From the NCBI GenBank assembly GCA_964016885.1, contig OZ024742.1, forward strand, positions 246,264,001-246,328,000: a stretch of 64,000 bases of DNA. Direction: 5' to 3'. Each line of letters begins with the position of its first letter. Position 1 is the first letter of the stretch. The notes under the pieces are model-generated. The model was not told where the DNA came from. It made no database searches and worked only from the letters and a program-made list of their open reading frames with translations. Positions 38,978 to 50,815 of the stretch are shown here, piece after piece. The translations under genes and the position numbers were made by a program. Source of the stretch: Eledone cirrhosa. Lineage: Eukaryota.

Positions 38978-39037
38978 AACACCTGATGATGTCACAAGGA
39001 TCTTACGGAACCTGGCCACTGAAATGTACATAGTGTT
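38978..39037 (+). ncRNA. Hammerhead ribozyme motif with a decayed stem II
   Basis: AACAC-CTGATGA-(31 nt)-GAA-ATGTACAT-A^-GTGTT. Stem I is perfect, stem III is palindromic, and AATAAA follows at 39044. Confidence 0.7.
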
Positions 39038-39319
39038 TGCTATAATAAATCTTTGAAGGAATTTCACCAGTCCGGTCTCCTGTCATTTTATTCAATAATA
39101 ATTAACTTCGTTCTCGCACCACCAACAAGATTCAACATCAAAGATGGATGAGTTGCATAATGTCGAGTGCTTTTTCCAATATTACATTATGGTTGGTTAT
39201 ATGGAGTGAACAGTTCTATCCAGTGGTCAACCACGAAACTTAAACTTTTCCACGTGTATATATATATATTATAGTATATATCCTTTGTGATCCTGTCTTT
39301 ATTTATTGTACTCCCGAAG

Positions 39320-39425
39320 AAAGTCTTATTAGTTTCATGCTTTATATGGAAAAAGAGAAAGAAAGTTCGACACGTCGAACTTTCTTTCTCTTTTTCCATA
39401 TAAAGCGTGAAACTAATAAGACTTT
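39320..39425. repeat. 52-bp-arm hairpin with a 2-nt loop
   Basis: 39320-39371 is the reverse complement of 39374-39425, with one mismatch. Confidence 0.95.
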
Positions 39426-39726
39426 TTGTATCTCTCTTCTGTCGTTTCCTTGAATTACATTCATACATACATGCATACATACATACACACATACATACAT
39501 ACATACATACATACATACATACATACATACATACATACATACATGCATACATACATACATGATGGCTGCCCCCTCGTTATCGAGTATGGCCATTGCACGA
39601 GGAGAAAAAAAAATATATATTAATAGATAAATAAAAAAAAAAGAAATATATATATATATATACACACATACATATACATATACATATATACACACATATA
39701 TATATATACATACACACATATACATT

Positions 39727-40762
39727 AATAACAATAATAATAATAATAATAATGATTTCATTTATTAGCCACCAGGGCCGACATGTAAGGGACAATACAA
39801 AGACAGGGACAGTGGGGGTTTACAATAAGGTCGAGTAAAAGTGCACAATGGCAAGACTAATTTAACAATGAAAATATAAAAATATAAAATAAACTATGCA
39901 TAAATATAACAAAATAATTACCCGATAGGGAGTGGACGACCCTGGGGTGATTCAGGTGCCCCACCAATCCTGAACCACCCTGCGCTTCTAGGGCACCCAG
40001 GGAGAGCACCCCTCTCCTCAAGTTAGCTAGCCTATAGGCGCATCGTCAGAGTAGGCCCATTCACACGGGCCATTCTCGCCACATTCATCCACCTTTTAGC
40101 AAATGTACTGGGGGGGGGGGGGGGGGCAGCACTTCTCTCTCCACCCTCACCTTCCTTTCCAGGTGAAACTTGAAGAAGTTGATGAGGGATTGGCCGAAGA
40201 GAAAAGTGTCTGTCTTTAGTCCTTTCAACCTGGTCCACCATATAATCTCTTTCGCAACTGCCACCAGACAGGAAAATGTCCTGCTCTTCCTGACCTAAGG
40301 AAGGCGGCGGGTCGATCTTCACTATGGACTCGGCCGATAGCCGGATTCGTTCCACACGCGACAGTAGCTGTTCGACATAACTCCACAAGTCAGTAATGCA
40401 CGGACATTGGACAAGTGCGTGCAGAACGGTTTCGTCGTTCTGTGCGCATCTTGGGCAGGTCCGTCTGACAGCACTTCCGTGCCTGTAGATTTTATCCCGA
40501 ACCGGCAGTGACCCCCGGTAGCACTGCCAAGCGAGGGATTTCTGGAAATTGTCCATCGTCCCCGGCTCAAAAGTCCTCCGGTACAGACTGGTCAGTTCGA
40601 CTTCGTCGAGGCCCAAAGCTTCTCCGAGTGCGTCATCGCACTTGCCCACCACTAATCCTCTATAGAACTCGAGAGTGGAAGTTCCACTGATCGCATTGCC
40701 CGCTTGGTAGAGGGCAGTGAGTGCCTGGCAACATTCCAGGATAATAATAACAACAATAATAA
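39727..40762 (-). mobile_element. 5'-truncated Tx1-like LINE (same family as 4278-7300)
   Basis: Peptide 'MDNFQKSLAWQCYRGSLPVRDK...CPRC...ETVLHALVQC' (CCHC). (AAT)n is present on both sides. Confidence 0.92.
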
Positions 40763-40819
40763 TATACATATACATATATATATACACACACACGTGCACA
40801 CATAAACATATCTATACAT

Positions 40820-43622
40820 ACTCACACACACGATAGCAACTAACAGCGCTGCGATCGAATGTGGCTTTTTAGCCCAGCCAATGATCTAAAATGTCTTGCA
40901 CAGAGTCGACAACCAAAACATTCACTGGGAATAGCCGGCTGTGGTTGGAGTTCATGTACTTTTGCATGTCGCTTGAGCTCTCCTGCTGATTTACATTCTC
41001 TACCACATGTTTGGCAAGCAAGATGAGTAGCATCTCCAACAGCAGCCTGGTAGTCAACCACTGGTCTTACTTTATGACTGCGAAGATGACTTTCAAGTCC
41101 AGCTTTGCTTAGGCAGAGTCTCGCACAGACGCTGCATGTCAGCACCATAGGAGGACCCTCGCCGTCTGGAAGTGCAACAGCAATGCCCTTCCTCACATCC
41201 CGCTTTACTTTCTCGTATGCGATTCGAGATGCCTCAAAGGCAACTTTTCCCTCATATACAGTCTTTCTCCATTTATTACGATCAGCAGCAATATTTTCCC
41301 ATGTATCAGCAGAGATGTTAGCGTCTTTCAAAGAGGCTTTCAAGGAATCCTTATACCTCTTTTTTGGCTTATGTGGCAGTCGTTTTCCTTTAACCAACTC
41401 TCCATAAAAGAGTTGTTTTGGTATTCTAGAATCCTTCATCCTGGCAAGGTGACCACTCTAACGGGGTCGTTGCTTAAACACAAGAGCTTCTATACTGTCA
41501 CACATAGAGCTTTCCAAAATCTCGACATCACTGATGTGATCCCTCCAGTGAACGCCATGGATCCGTCTGAGACACATCTGATGGAAACGCTCTAATTGCT
41601 TAAGGTGGTGTCGATATGTGACCCAGGTCTCGCAGGCATAAAAAAGACAAGAGAGCACACATGCCTTGTACACCTTTACCTTTGTCCTCCTGCATATGTC
41701 TCGCCGACCCCAGAGTCGCCTTTCTAGCTTTCCGAAAGCATCACTTGCTTTCCTAATCCTAAGTGAGATTTCACTCTCAAGATTGCTGTATCGATTGACA
41801 GTGCTTCCCAGGTAGACAAACTGATCAACCACTTCAAGTCGTTTACCATACACATAGATATTTATTTCAGTGTACTGCTTACCAGGGGCAGGTTGGTACA
41901 TGACGACGGTTTTCTTGAGACTGACAGTCAATCCTAGGGCAGTGCAAGCGTCAGAAAATGCATTCAAAATGTGCTGCATATCACTCTCTGTGTGCGCTAC
42001 AAGATCGCAATCATCTGCATACAAGAGGTCTCTTATGATTGATGTAAATACTTTTGTCTTTGCAGCAAAGCGCCTGATGTTAAATATGCTGCCTGAGGTT
42101 CGATATCGGATTTAAACACCATGCTCGCAATTCCTGAATGCAATACAGAAAACCATTGCAAAGTATATGGCAAACAGGGTCGGTGCTGGAATATCCCCCT
42201 GTTTCACTCCATTTTTTACTGAGATAGGCTCCGACATGTTACCTCCGACATTAACCCAAGCCTTCATGTCGTCATGGAAAGACCTAATTAAAGCAAGGAA
42301 CTTATCAGGGCAACCAAGTTTCTGGAGAAACTTTCATAATGCATCTCTGTTAACAGTATCGAAAGCTTTTGTCAGATCGACAAAAACCTGATACAGATCC
42401 AAACCTTGTTCCATGCACTTCTCCTGGAGCTGTCTAGCTGAGAAGATCATATCAGTAGTGCCGCGTCCAGCACGAAAACCAGATTGACTTTCAGGAAGAA
42501 CACAATCTGCAATGTGTGTCAGCAGACGGTCCAGAAGCACCCTACATAAAACTTTCCCTACGACAGAAAGCAATGATATACCTCTGTAGTTCCCACAATC
42601 ATTCCTGTTACCCTTTCCCTTGTACAAGACCACCATTACTGCATCTCTCCAGTCCTCAGGTACGGATTCATTAGCCCATATCCTGCCAAACAAAGAGTGA
42701 AGATGTTGCAGGAGTCTCTCACCACCATATTGTAGGAGCTCAGCATGTATGCCATCCATACCTGGAGACCTTCCACTGTTCAGCTTCGAGATAGCCACTG
42801 CAACCTCCACAAGCGTCGGAGGTTCTGCGAGAGCTACTTTCACAGGACTTTCTGGAATGAGATTGAGGAAACCTTCACTGACGACAGACGGCTGATTCAA
42901 AAGATCAAAGTGCTCTCGCCACCTTCGTAGAATTCCTTGTGAGTCACGAAGAAGTTCTTTGCCATCCTTGCTGCGAAGCGGTGTCACCAGAGATGAAGAC
43001 GGTCCATGAACCTCCCGCAAGAGACTGTACAACAGTTTGTGTTATTGGAATCTGACGCAGTTTGTATCTCACCAGCCTTCTCACTCCACCACTGATCCTT
43101 CATCTGAGAAAGACTCCGCCTAACACGTGATTTTACATCCCGAGTTCCTCATGCAACGTATTCCTCTCCTGTGGTTTTGCCGTCAAGTAGCGTGACAGAG
43201 CACGCCTCTTATCAGCCAACAAGTCTTCTATATGTACATCATTCTCATTAAACCAGTCCTGATCTTTTCTCTGCACCAATCCCAGAACACGTCTGCCTAC
43301 ATCATAAACCGACTTTTTAAGGGTCGGCCAATCCTCACCAAGATCTGCAGCCTGCATCTCTTCTTCCAATGTCCTCTTCACATTTTTATCCTTAAGACGA
43401 GCAGCATTCAATCTTTTGGGCAGGGCAACACCAGGAGCCCGGATTTTACGTTTAGTGATTAGTTTCACTTTTGCGCGTACCAGGCGGTGGTCCGTCCAGC
43501 ACTCAGCTCCACGAAGAGCACGAACACACCGCACATCCTGTCTGTCACGCATCCTGACTAGGACGTAGTCCAAAAGATGCCATCCTTAGATGCAGGATGC
43601 GTCCATGTGGTCTTGAATTTGT
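40820..43622 (-). mobile_element. 5'-truncated RTE/BovB-like LINE with C-terminal C2H2 zinc fingers
   Basis: Motifs DYVLVR, ECWTDHRLV, NYRGISLLS, LPESQSGFR, FVDLTKAFDTV, YADD and RIPKQLFYGEL, followed by three CxxC...HxxxH-type repeats. Confidence 0.95.
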
Positions 43623-43645
43623 TCATACATACATACATACATACA

Positions 43646-43729
<84 letters not shown>

Positions 43730-43731
<2 letters not shown>

Positions 43732-43826
43732 GGGAAGAAAGAGGAATACTGCGTGGTTGCACATGGGTTACATATTATAAAATTAGTCCCTCATCAGTGA
43801 TTTGCCAACCATCATTGGTATTTCAT

Positions 43827-43831
<5 letters not shown>
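43730..43831 (-). mobile_element. 5'-truncated copy C of the permuted-hammerhead element
   Basis: Essentially identical to 13336-13430. It begins at ATGCGATGAAATACC and is flanked by (TA)n. Confidence 0.85.
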
Positions 43832-43874
<43 letters not shown>

Positions 43875-44167
43875 TAGATCCACAACAGTTAGTACACCAT
43901 ACTGAGAACAAATGTTTCCCCTTATTCGGATTCTCAGCTCGGACTGAGTTAACTGTTGCGGATCTATTTCTACCAAACTCGTCCCATGGACTGAGTGCTC
44001 TACTACTACGGATATAACCCTCCAGTGTTCTACTATTATATATATATATTATAGTATATATCCTTTGTGATGCTGTCTTTATTTATTGTACTCCCGAAGA
44101 AGGGCTATATATATATTTATTAAAATAACAGATTAAAGTTTAAGCAAAGGCCGCTGCTTTCACGCTT

Positions 44168-44406
44168 AACGAAGGAATTGTGGTAAGGAACCAGATGAAC
44201 CATAACGCACCAGAGTACTCAATACTTAGGGTAGTAAAGTGGGTAATAGGATAAAGTAAAGTATGACCCCGACGGCAGAGCTCAAGCCGCATCGACGGCT
44301 ATTTCTGGACTAAATTAGAATTTTTAGCCAGGCTAAAAATTCTAATTTAGTCCAGAAATAACCGTCGAAACGGCTTGAGCTCTGCCGTCGGGGTCATACT
44401 TTTTCC

Positions 44407-44410
<4 letters not shown>
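44168..44410 (-). mobile_element. PLE-like fold-back element, copy 2
   Basis: 72-bp arms (44258-44329 and 44331-44402, 3 mismatches, 1-nt loop) plus the conserved tail. Confidence 0.85.
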
Positions 44411-44455
<45 letters not shown>

Positions 44456-44862
44456 ATGTTTGTGTGTGTGTGTGTGTAATGTTTGATGGTTTTGGTGTTA
44501 AAGAATACAAACTAATGATAGAATAAAATATATATATATATATATTTAAAAATGAGGGATCCCGAGGTTGTGTGGCCCTAAACTATAGCTTCTTTAATTT
44601 ATAGTTATGTCCGGCACTGATGTGTGTGTGAATGTGTGAGGGGAGGGTATCCATGCATGTATAGTTTATATACCTACATCAATACACACAATATCAATAT
44701 TTAATAAACTATGTTTCCTGATCAAGCTGTGACGAGATTAGGTCGCCAAGTTTTATACATTCACCACTGTCTTTCTAACATATTCACGAACATTGATATT
44801 TCTTAAGCATGTGCTAGTGGCTTAAGAATACGACCTCTCACCTCACCCTTTATTTTAGTTTA

Positions 44863-44908
<46 letters not shown>

Positions 44909-45162
44909 CTAGCCTCCAACCACCCCCAATATATTTACTACAACAGCTTTGTTGCTATCTGTTTCTGCTGGTTACCTGATTGACAATGTTGTAAGAATAT
45001 TTGTCTGTTTATTACACATTCAGAGAGAAGGAAAGAAAAAAAAAGGGGGGAAAAAATAAGATCAACGCCGACAAGGAAAGAGATTATACATCAAAGAGAA
45101 AAGGTAATACCCACATACACACACGCATATACAAGCACACACACACACACCACACACATATA

Positions 45163-45248
45163 CAGGGTGTCCCCCCCCAAAAAAAAAATGTATACACACT
45201 TTCATTAAAATGCTGTTGAAGTGTGTATACATTTTTGGGGACACCCTG
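45163..45248. mobile_element. Tiny Tc1/mariner-like MITE
   Basis: TA|CAGGGTGTCCCC...AAATGTATACAC / GTGTATACATTT...GGGGACACCCTG. Confidence 0.8.
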
Positions 45249-45250
45249 TG

Positions 45251-45307
<57 letters not shown>

Positions 45308-45404
45308 TATATACATACATATATACATATATATATACATACATATATATATACATATATATATATATATACATATATACACAAACATACATACATATAT
45401 ATAC

Positions 45405-46015
45405 ACATAGTGGTGGCTGCCAACTCGTTTTCGAGTACGGCCACTACTTTATATCCATGTAGGAGAACCCCTACCGATGCGCTGAACGAGTGTGACTTTT
45501 TAGTCCAGCCAGCGACTTGAAAACTCTGGTACAAACACTACACTTTGACAATTACTGACACAGTGCTGGGCCCATGGTACCATGTGACGACAAGTGCAGA
45601 GAGATCTCCAGATATATAGCAATGCCTGTGCCGTGAAGCTTTAATAGTGAACAAAGGCACTGCACAAAGCCAGTCCCACTCTCTTAACCAAGATGATATT
45701 TACCAAAAAGAAGAACAAGTCAACATCATTGGATACCGTCAGGGTTGCAGGTGTTATATCAGAGTTTTCCTTCTCCTAGAATTCTGCCTTGACAAAGGCT
45801 AAGGGGTCATCTCTCCCGGTGATTTTGGATGGCCATTGACTCTTAAGAGCTCCTTTGCCCTTTGACAGGTTTTGTTTTTAGTCCTGCAGGATGTCCAAAG
45901 TCACCCTCCTCACCAAGAAACCTTGGTGGGGTTGCCAGTTTAGTCGCCAACGACCCGACCATGGGACAGGTTGTACTGGGATACATGTTACCAGTAGCAC
46001 CAACTGGTGACCTGA
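45405..46015 (-). mobile_element. Internally deleted RTE-type element (5' UTR joined to the 3' end)
   Basis: TTTTCCTTCTCCTAG...AAGGCT and GGGGTTGCCAGTTTAG resemble RTE 5' UTR motifs (from memory). The end GGCTGCC..CTCGTT.TCGAGTA.GGCCA recurs at 39560. Confidence 0.5.
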
Positions 46016-46317
46016 CATATATATATACATACATATATACATACATACATATATACATACATACATATATATGTCCATATATACATACATACATATATAT
46101 ACACATACACACATATATATATATATATATATATACATATATCCATACATATATACATACATACATATATGTACATACATATATATACATACACACCCAA
46201 ACACACACATATATATATATATATATACATTATTCCGAATATTAATAAATGAAATATTGGCAGTACTGGAATTGAACCATCAAGACAGTTGAGGTATGTC
46301 ATACATCAATTCATGTA

Positions 46318-46379
46318 TTTTATCTGACGAGGACGTACTGAAAAAACAGCACAGTACCTTCGAAATATATATAATAAAA
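46318..46379 (+). ncRNA. Minimal type-I hammerhead ribozyme motif
   Basis: TTTTAT-CTGACGA-GGACGTACTG-(11 nt)-CAGTACCTTC-GAA-ATATATAT-A^-ATAAAA. Stem I has 6 bp and stem II pairs at 9 of 10 positions. Confidence 0.85.
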
Positions 46380-46520
46380 CATATTTTGATTATGTGAATG
46401 TGTTCATTTATTAATATTCGGAATAATATTAATAACTTCAGAAAACTTCTTTGTAGAGTGCTTTTAATCTATTGTAAAACTATATTCATTGAGTAATCAA
46501 TGAACCATATTAATCTTTGG

Positions 46521-46568
<48 letters not shown>

Positions 46569-46743
46569 GAAAGTAGAGAAATTAATGTGAGCAAGAAGCC
46601 AACAGTATTTCATAATATATAAGTGACTATAACGTCAAAATGGAAAATATTTAACGTAAGATGTGGGAAAATAAAAAAAAATATATATATATAAATGAAA
46701 AGTATAGAAATTATTATGAGCAAGAAGCACACAGTATTTCATA

Positions 46744-46796
<53 letters not shown>

Positions 46797-46903
46797 TAGA
46801 TATATATTATGTAAAACACATGGGAAACTGGAATACACCTTCCCATATAGTCGAAGTTCCCCCGATGCAGTCAATTATATGTATGTATGTGTGTATATAT
46901 ATA

Positions 46904-46958
<55 letters not shown>

Positions 46959-47094
46959 ATATATGAATGTATATATATATAACTGTTGCTACTTTTGGCA
47001 CAATGCCAGCAATTATTCCAGTGTATTACTGGTACTTTATTTTATCGACCCCGTAAGGATGAAAGGCAAAGTTATATATATAACACACACACAT

Positions 47095-47139
<45 letters not shown>

Positions 47140-47214
47140 TATATATTATGTAAAACACATGGGAAACTGGCATACACCTTCCCATATAGTCGGAGTTTCC
47201 CCGATTCAGTCAAT

Positions 47215-47246
<32 letters not shown>

Positions 47247-47369
47247 TGTATGTATGTATGTATGTATGTATGTATGTATGTATGTATGTGTGTATATGTG
47301 TGTGTGTATATATATATATATATATGTGTGTATGTGTATATATATATGTGTTTATGTGTGTATATATGC

Positions 47370-47409
<40 letters not shown>

Positions 47410-47684
47410 CACACACATTATATTATATTATATATATATATATATAACACATATATATATATATTTATATACATAAATATATACATATAAAAACGATAAG
47501 TATTTTATTTTTACATTTCCTTCTTCGTATTAAATTTAATATATACGAGTATACAAACTACAAAAATATATGTAATTTATTTGTTAAACTACGTTCGTAG
47601 TGGGTAATTTTCTTATAGTGTTAGAGTTTGACACAATTTTGACAACGTGCCAAACGTAGAAACAATTATTTAGAACTAGTACAA

Positions 47685-47880
47685 AGGGTGATGGATTGGC
47701 AGTATCGGTGGAGGGTCGGACGCAATGCTTTCCAGCACAGTTACGTCCCTTTACGGTCTGAGTTCAAATCCCGCCGAGGTTAACTTTGCCTTTCATCCTT
47801 ACGGGGTCGATAAAATAAAGTACCAGTGATACACTGAGATAATTGCTGGCCTTGTGCTAAAAAGTAGAAACAATTATTTA
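47685..47880 (+). mobile_element. Family A SINE
   Basis: Match to the SINE consensus. Further copies lie at about 46980-47075 (-), 49010-49190 (-) and 51520-51600 (+). Confidence 0.9.
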
Positions 47881-48052
47881 GAACAGTACATCATCAATAG
47901 ATTATTTGTAACATTAAAGACAGTGATGAAACATGTCCATTCATGAAACAAACAATTGTTATTGTGTCCTTTTAACAATATTGTAGGAATATTCTTTTTT
48001 TAATTTTACTCTGGCATGAATTTTAAATAATAACATCACCATAACTAGCTAG

Positions 48053-48260
48053 ATGAAAGTAGTGGAAACTTCTGGTGTCCTTGGTCCTAGGACCATCTTT
48101 TTACTCACCACCATGGGCACAGAGTTGGCTACCCGCAGGTGCGAGCCTCGTGAGCTGGAATGGCTCTTCCAGTGCGTCTCCCTCACAATCCTCCGGGGAA
48201 ACGCCTTCTCTATTCTATCAGTAGGGATCGCGAGTCGGCCAGCGCGTAGGCACCCATCTG
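48053..48260 (+). mobile_element. CRE-clade 3' fragment
   Basis: Peptide 'VETSGVLGP...EPRELEWLFQCVSLTILRGNAFSIL'. Confidence 0.85.
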
Positions 48261-48421
48261 TTCATAATAGTGAGAGATGGGGAGAGCGGGAAAGACCGCA
48301 CTTACACACACACAAACATAGTTGACAAAATCTAGTGTTTGACAGTCGTTTTCACCACACCAAAAACATTACTAGATGAATTTAATTTGAAATAGTGCGC
48401 GCAATCCGTTTATGATGCGAT

Positions 48422-48455
<34 letters not shown>

Positions 48456-48616
48456 ACATTATCATCACAGTTTAACGTCTATTTTTCCACGCTTGAATGA
48501 GTTAAACGGGTACTCACGTTATGAAACAAGTCAAATCAGATGACAGGGTCGGTGGAAGCATTTCCGAATTGGCGAGGCCAAATTTGGTCAATTTAATTGT
48601 AGTGATTAGTTTAGTT

Positions 48617-48936
48617 CAGGGGTGTGCAACATATTCCATTGGCGGGCCACTTTTGAACATTGGAACAACTATTAGGGTCATTAATATTTATTAAGCACTA
48701 TTCCAAAGATTCACCACAACTTCTTTCCATGACATGGAACTGGGAGTTTTATAACACCCATAACCCTATCAGTGAAGCCCTTTAGTATAGGTCAACTAAT
48801 AGAAAATTGTTTGACGGTTACGAAAAAAATTCTAAATAAGCCTACAAGGTAAAAATTAAAAACGGTCATCCCGGGCCACTCTGACTGGTCTGCCGGGCCG
48901 GATTGTGGCACGTGGGCTGCCTGTTGCACGCCCCTG
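48617..48936. mobile_element. hAT MITE
   Basis: TIR CAGGGGTGTGCAAC / GTTGCACGCCCCTG, with a perfect 8-bp TSD GTTTAGTT. Confidence 0.92.
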
Positions 48937-50815
48937 GTTTAGTTGTTATTATCAAATATCAACCAAGATATAAAAAACGATAATCATATGCGATAATCAT
49001 AACATGTACATAATTGTTTCTACTTTAGGCACAAGGCCAGCAATTACCCAGTGCATTACTGGTACTTTATTTTATCGAGCCGTAAGGATGAAAGGCAAAG
49101 TCAACCTCGGCGGGATTTGAACTCAGATCGTAAAGGGACGTAACTATGCTGGAAAGCATGGCGTCCGACCCTCTACTGATACTGCCAAATGCAAATAGAT
49201 ATGCATTTTTTTAGTTTTGGGAAAAAAATGTAATTATTGGAAGGGCCATGTCCCCCCCCCCCCCAATTCCATCAACCCTGGGTGACCATGTCTTGTTAAT
49301 ACGGATCTGTATTTTGGTTTGGTTTCTATAGCTCGATGCCCTTCCTCACGCCAACCACGTTACAGTGTGGCATGGGTACTTTTATCATGACACGAAAACG
49401 ACCATCAAACAGGGCGGACTGGGTGCTTTTACGTGTTCCCAGCACAACCGTCTTACAGACATGATGGACTGGGTGCTTTGTTGTAGCACCAGATCACCAT
49501 ACATACATATATATATATATATTATATGTGTGTGTGTGTGTGTGTATGTATATATGTCGATATATGTGTGAGTGTATATACATATACATATATGTAAGTG
49601 TGTGTGGTTCACCAACACTAAGTAGGTTGTCATATCTATGACACAGCTGAAGAGTCCTTCCAACTCTTTCTTTCTTTGGCAAGATTTCTACAACTGGATG
49701 CCCTTTCTATCACCAACCATTTTGCAGTGTGTACTGCATGCATTTATTGTATAGTTCACTAACGCATGAAAGTTTGCCATGCCCCTCATAAAACTAAAAA
49801 TCTGCACAACCCAATTGGAATGGTTTCTACAGCGGGGTGCCCTTCCTATTGCCAACCACCTTATATGTTTATGCTGTAACAAAGTCCCTTTCATTACCAT
49901 ATCTCCAATGAGAGATACACTTTTACCTGTTCCAGCCAATTGATTGAGACTATACTTGGGCACTGCCATTGAAAAAAGAAAAGCCTCTTGAGTGTGTGGA
50001 GCCCCAGAATGATGAAATTGTTTAAGATGTCTATGTTCACTGAGTTCTGTAATTCGCATCAGTTCACATAGATAACTGTGCTCTTCATTGATGGACAAGT
50101 CAAGTGATCCCCGGTCTAGTATGTCTATGATTTTCAAATAAATTTTGAAAATAATCTAGAATTTGAAGGGATTTATTTATATAACTAACATTTTTATTAT
50201 TAAACTGGTGCAACATAACTCAACAAAGGTTCTTACATTAAATTATGAGAGAAGCTTTTTAGATAAATATAAATATTTTAAGCTAGACAGTCTTTTTTAT
50301 CATAGAACCAGAGGCAGTTTCGGGTGAGTTGGTATCAAAAGGGTTAAAACACTACCCAAGTTGAATTCTTAAGGGACCAAATTTAAAGGTTATACTGTTT
50401 TTTCCCTATTGAATGAGAAGGTTTGAATTTCATAAATAGTTTTATGGTGTCATGATAAAAACCTACCCAGCCCACTCTGTAAAGTGGTAATGTTGGTGCC
50501 ATGATATAATGTACCCAAACAGTAAAGTGGTAGTGGTAATGCCAAGACAAAATAAACCTGGTACATGCCATGAAGTAGTTAACCTTAGGAAGGGCATCTA
50601 GTTGTAGAAACCATGTCAAAATAGTACACATGAGCTAGACAATGTCATCTGGCCTGTCTAGCTGCAGAATGTGACAACCCTTCTAACCCATGGAAAGTAA
50701 ATGTAAAATGGCAATGATGAGTTCAACCTTTGCTAGACATTAAAAGATGGTGATTAAAATTTTTAATTTTGGTAATTGGAGTTGTATTTCATTTGATGTT
50801 TTATTCCTTTCCTAG

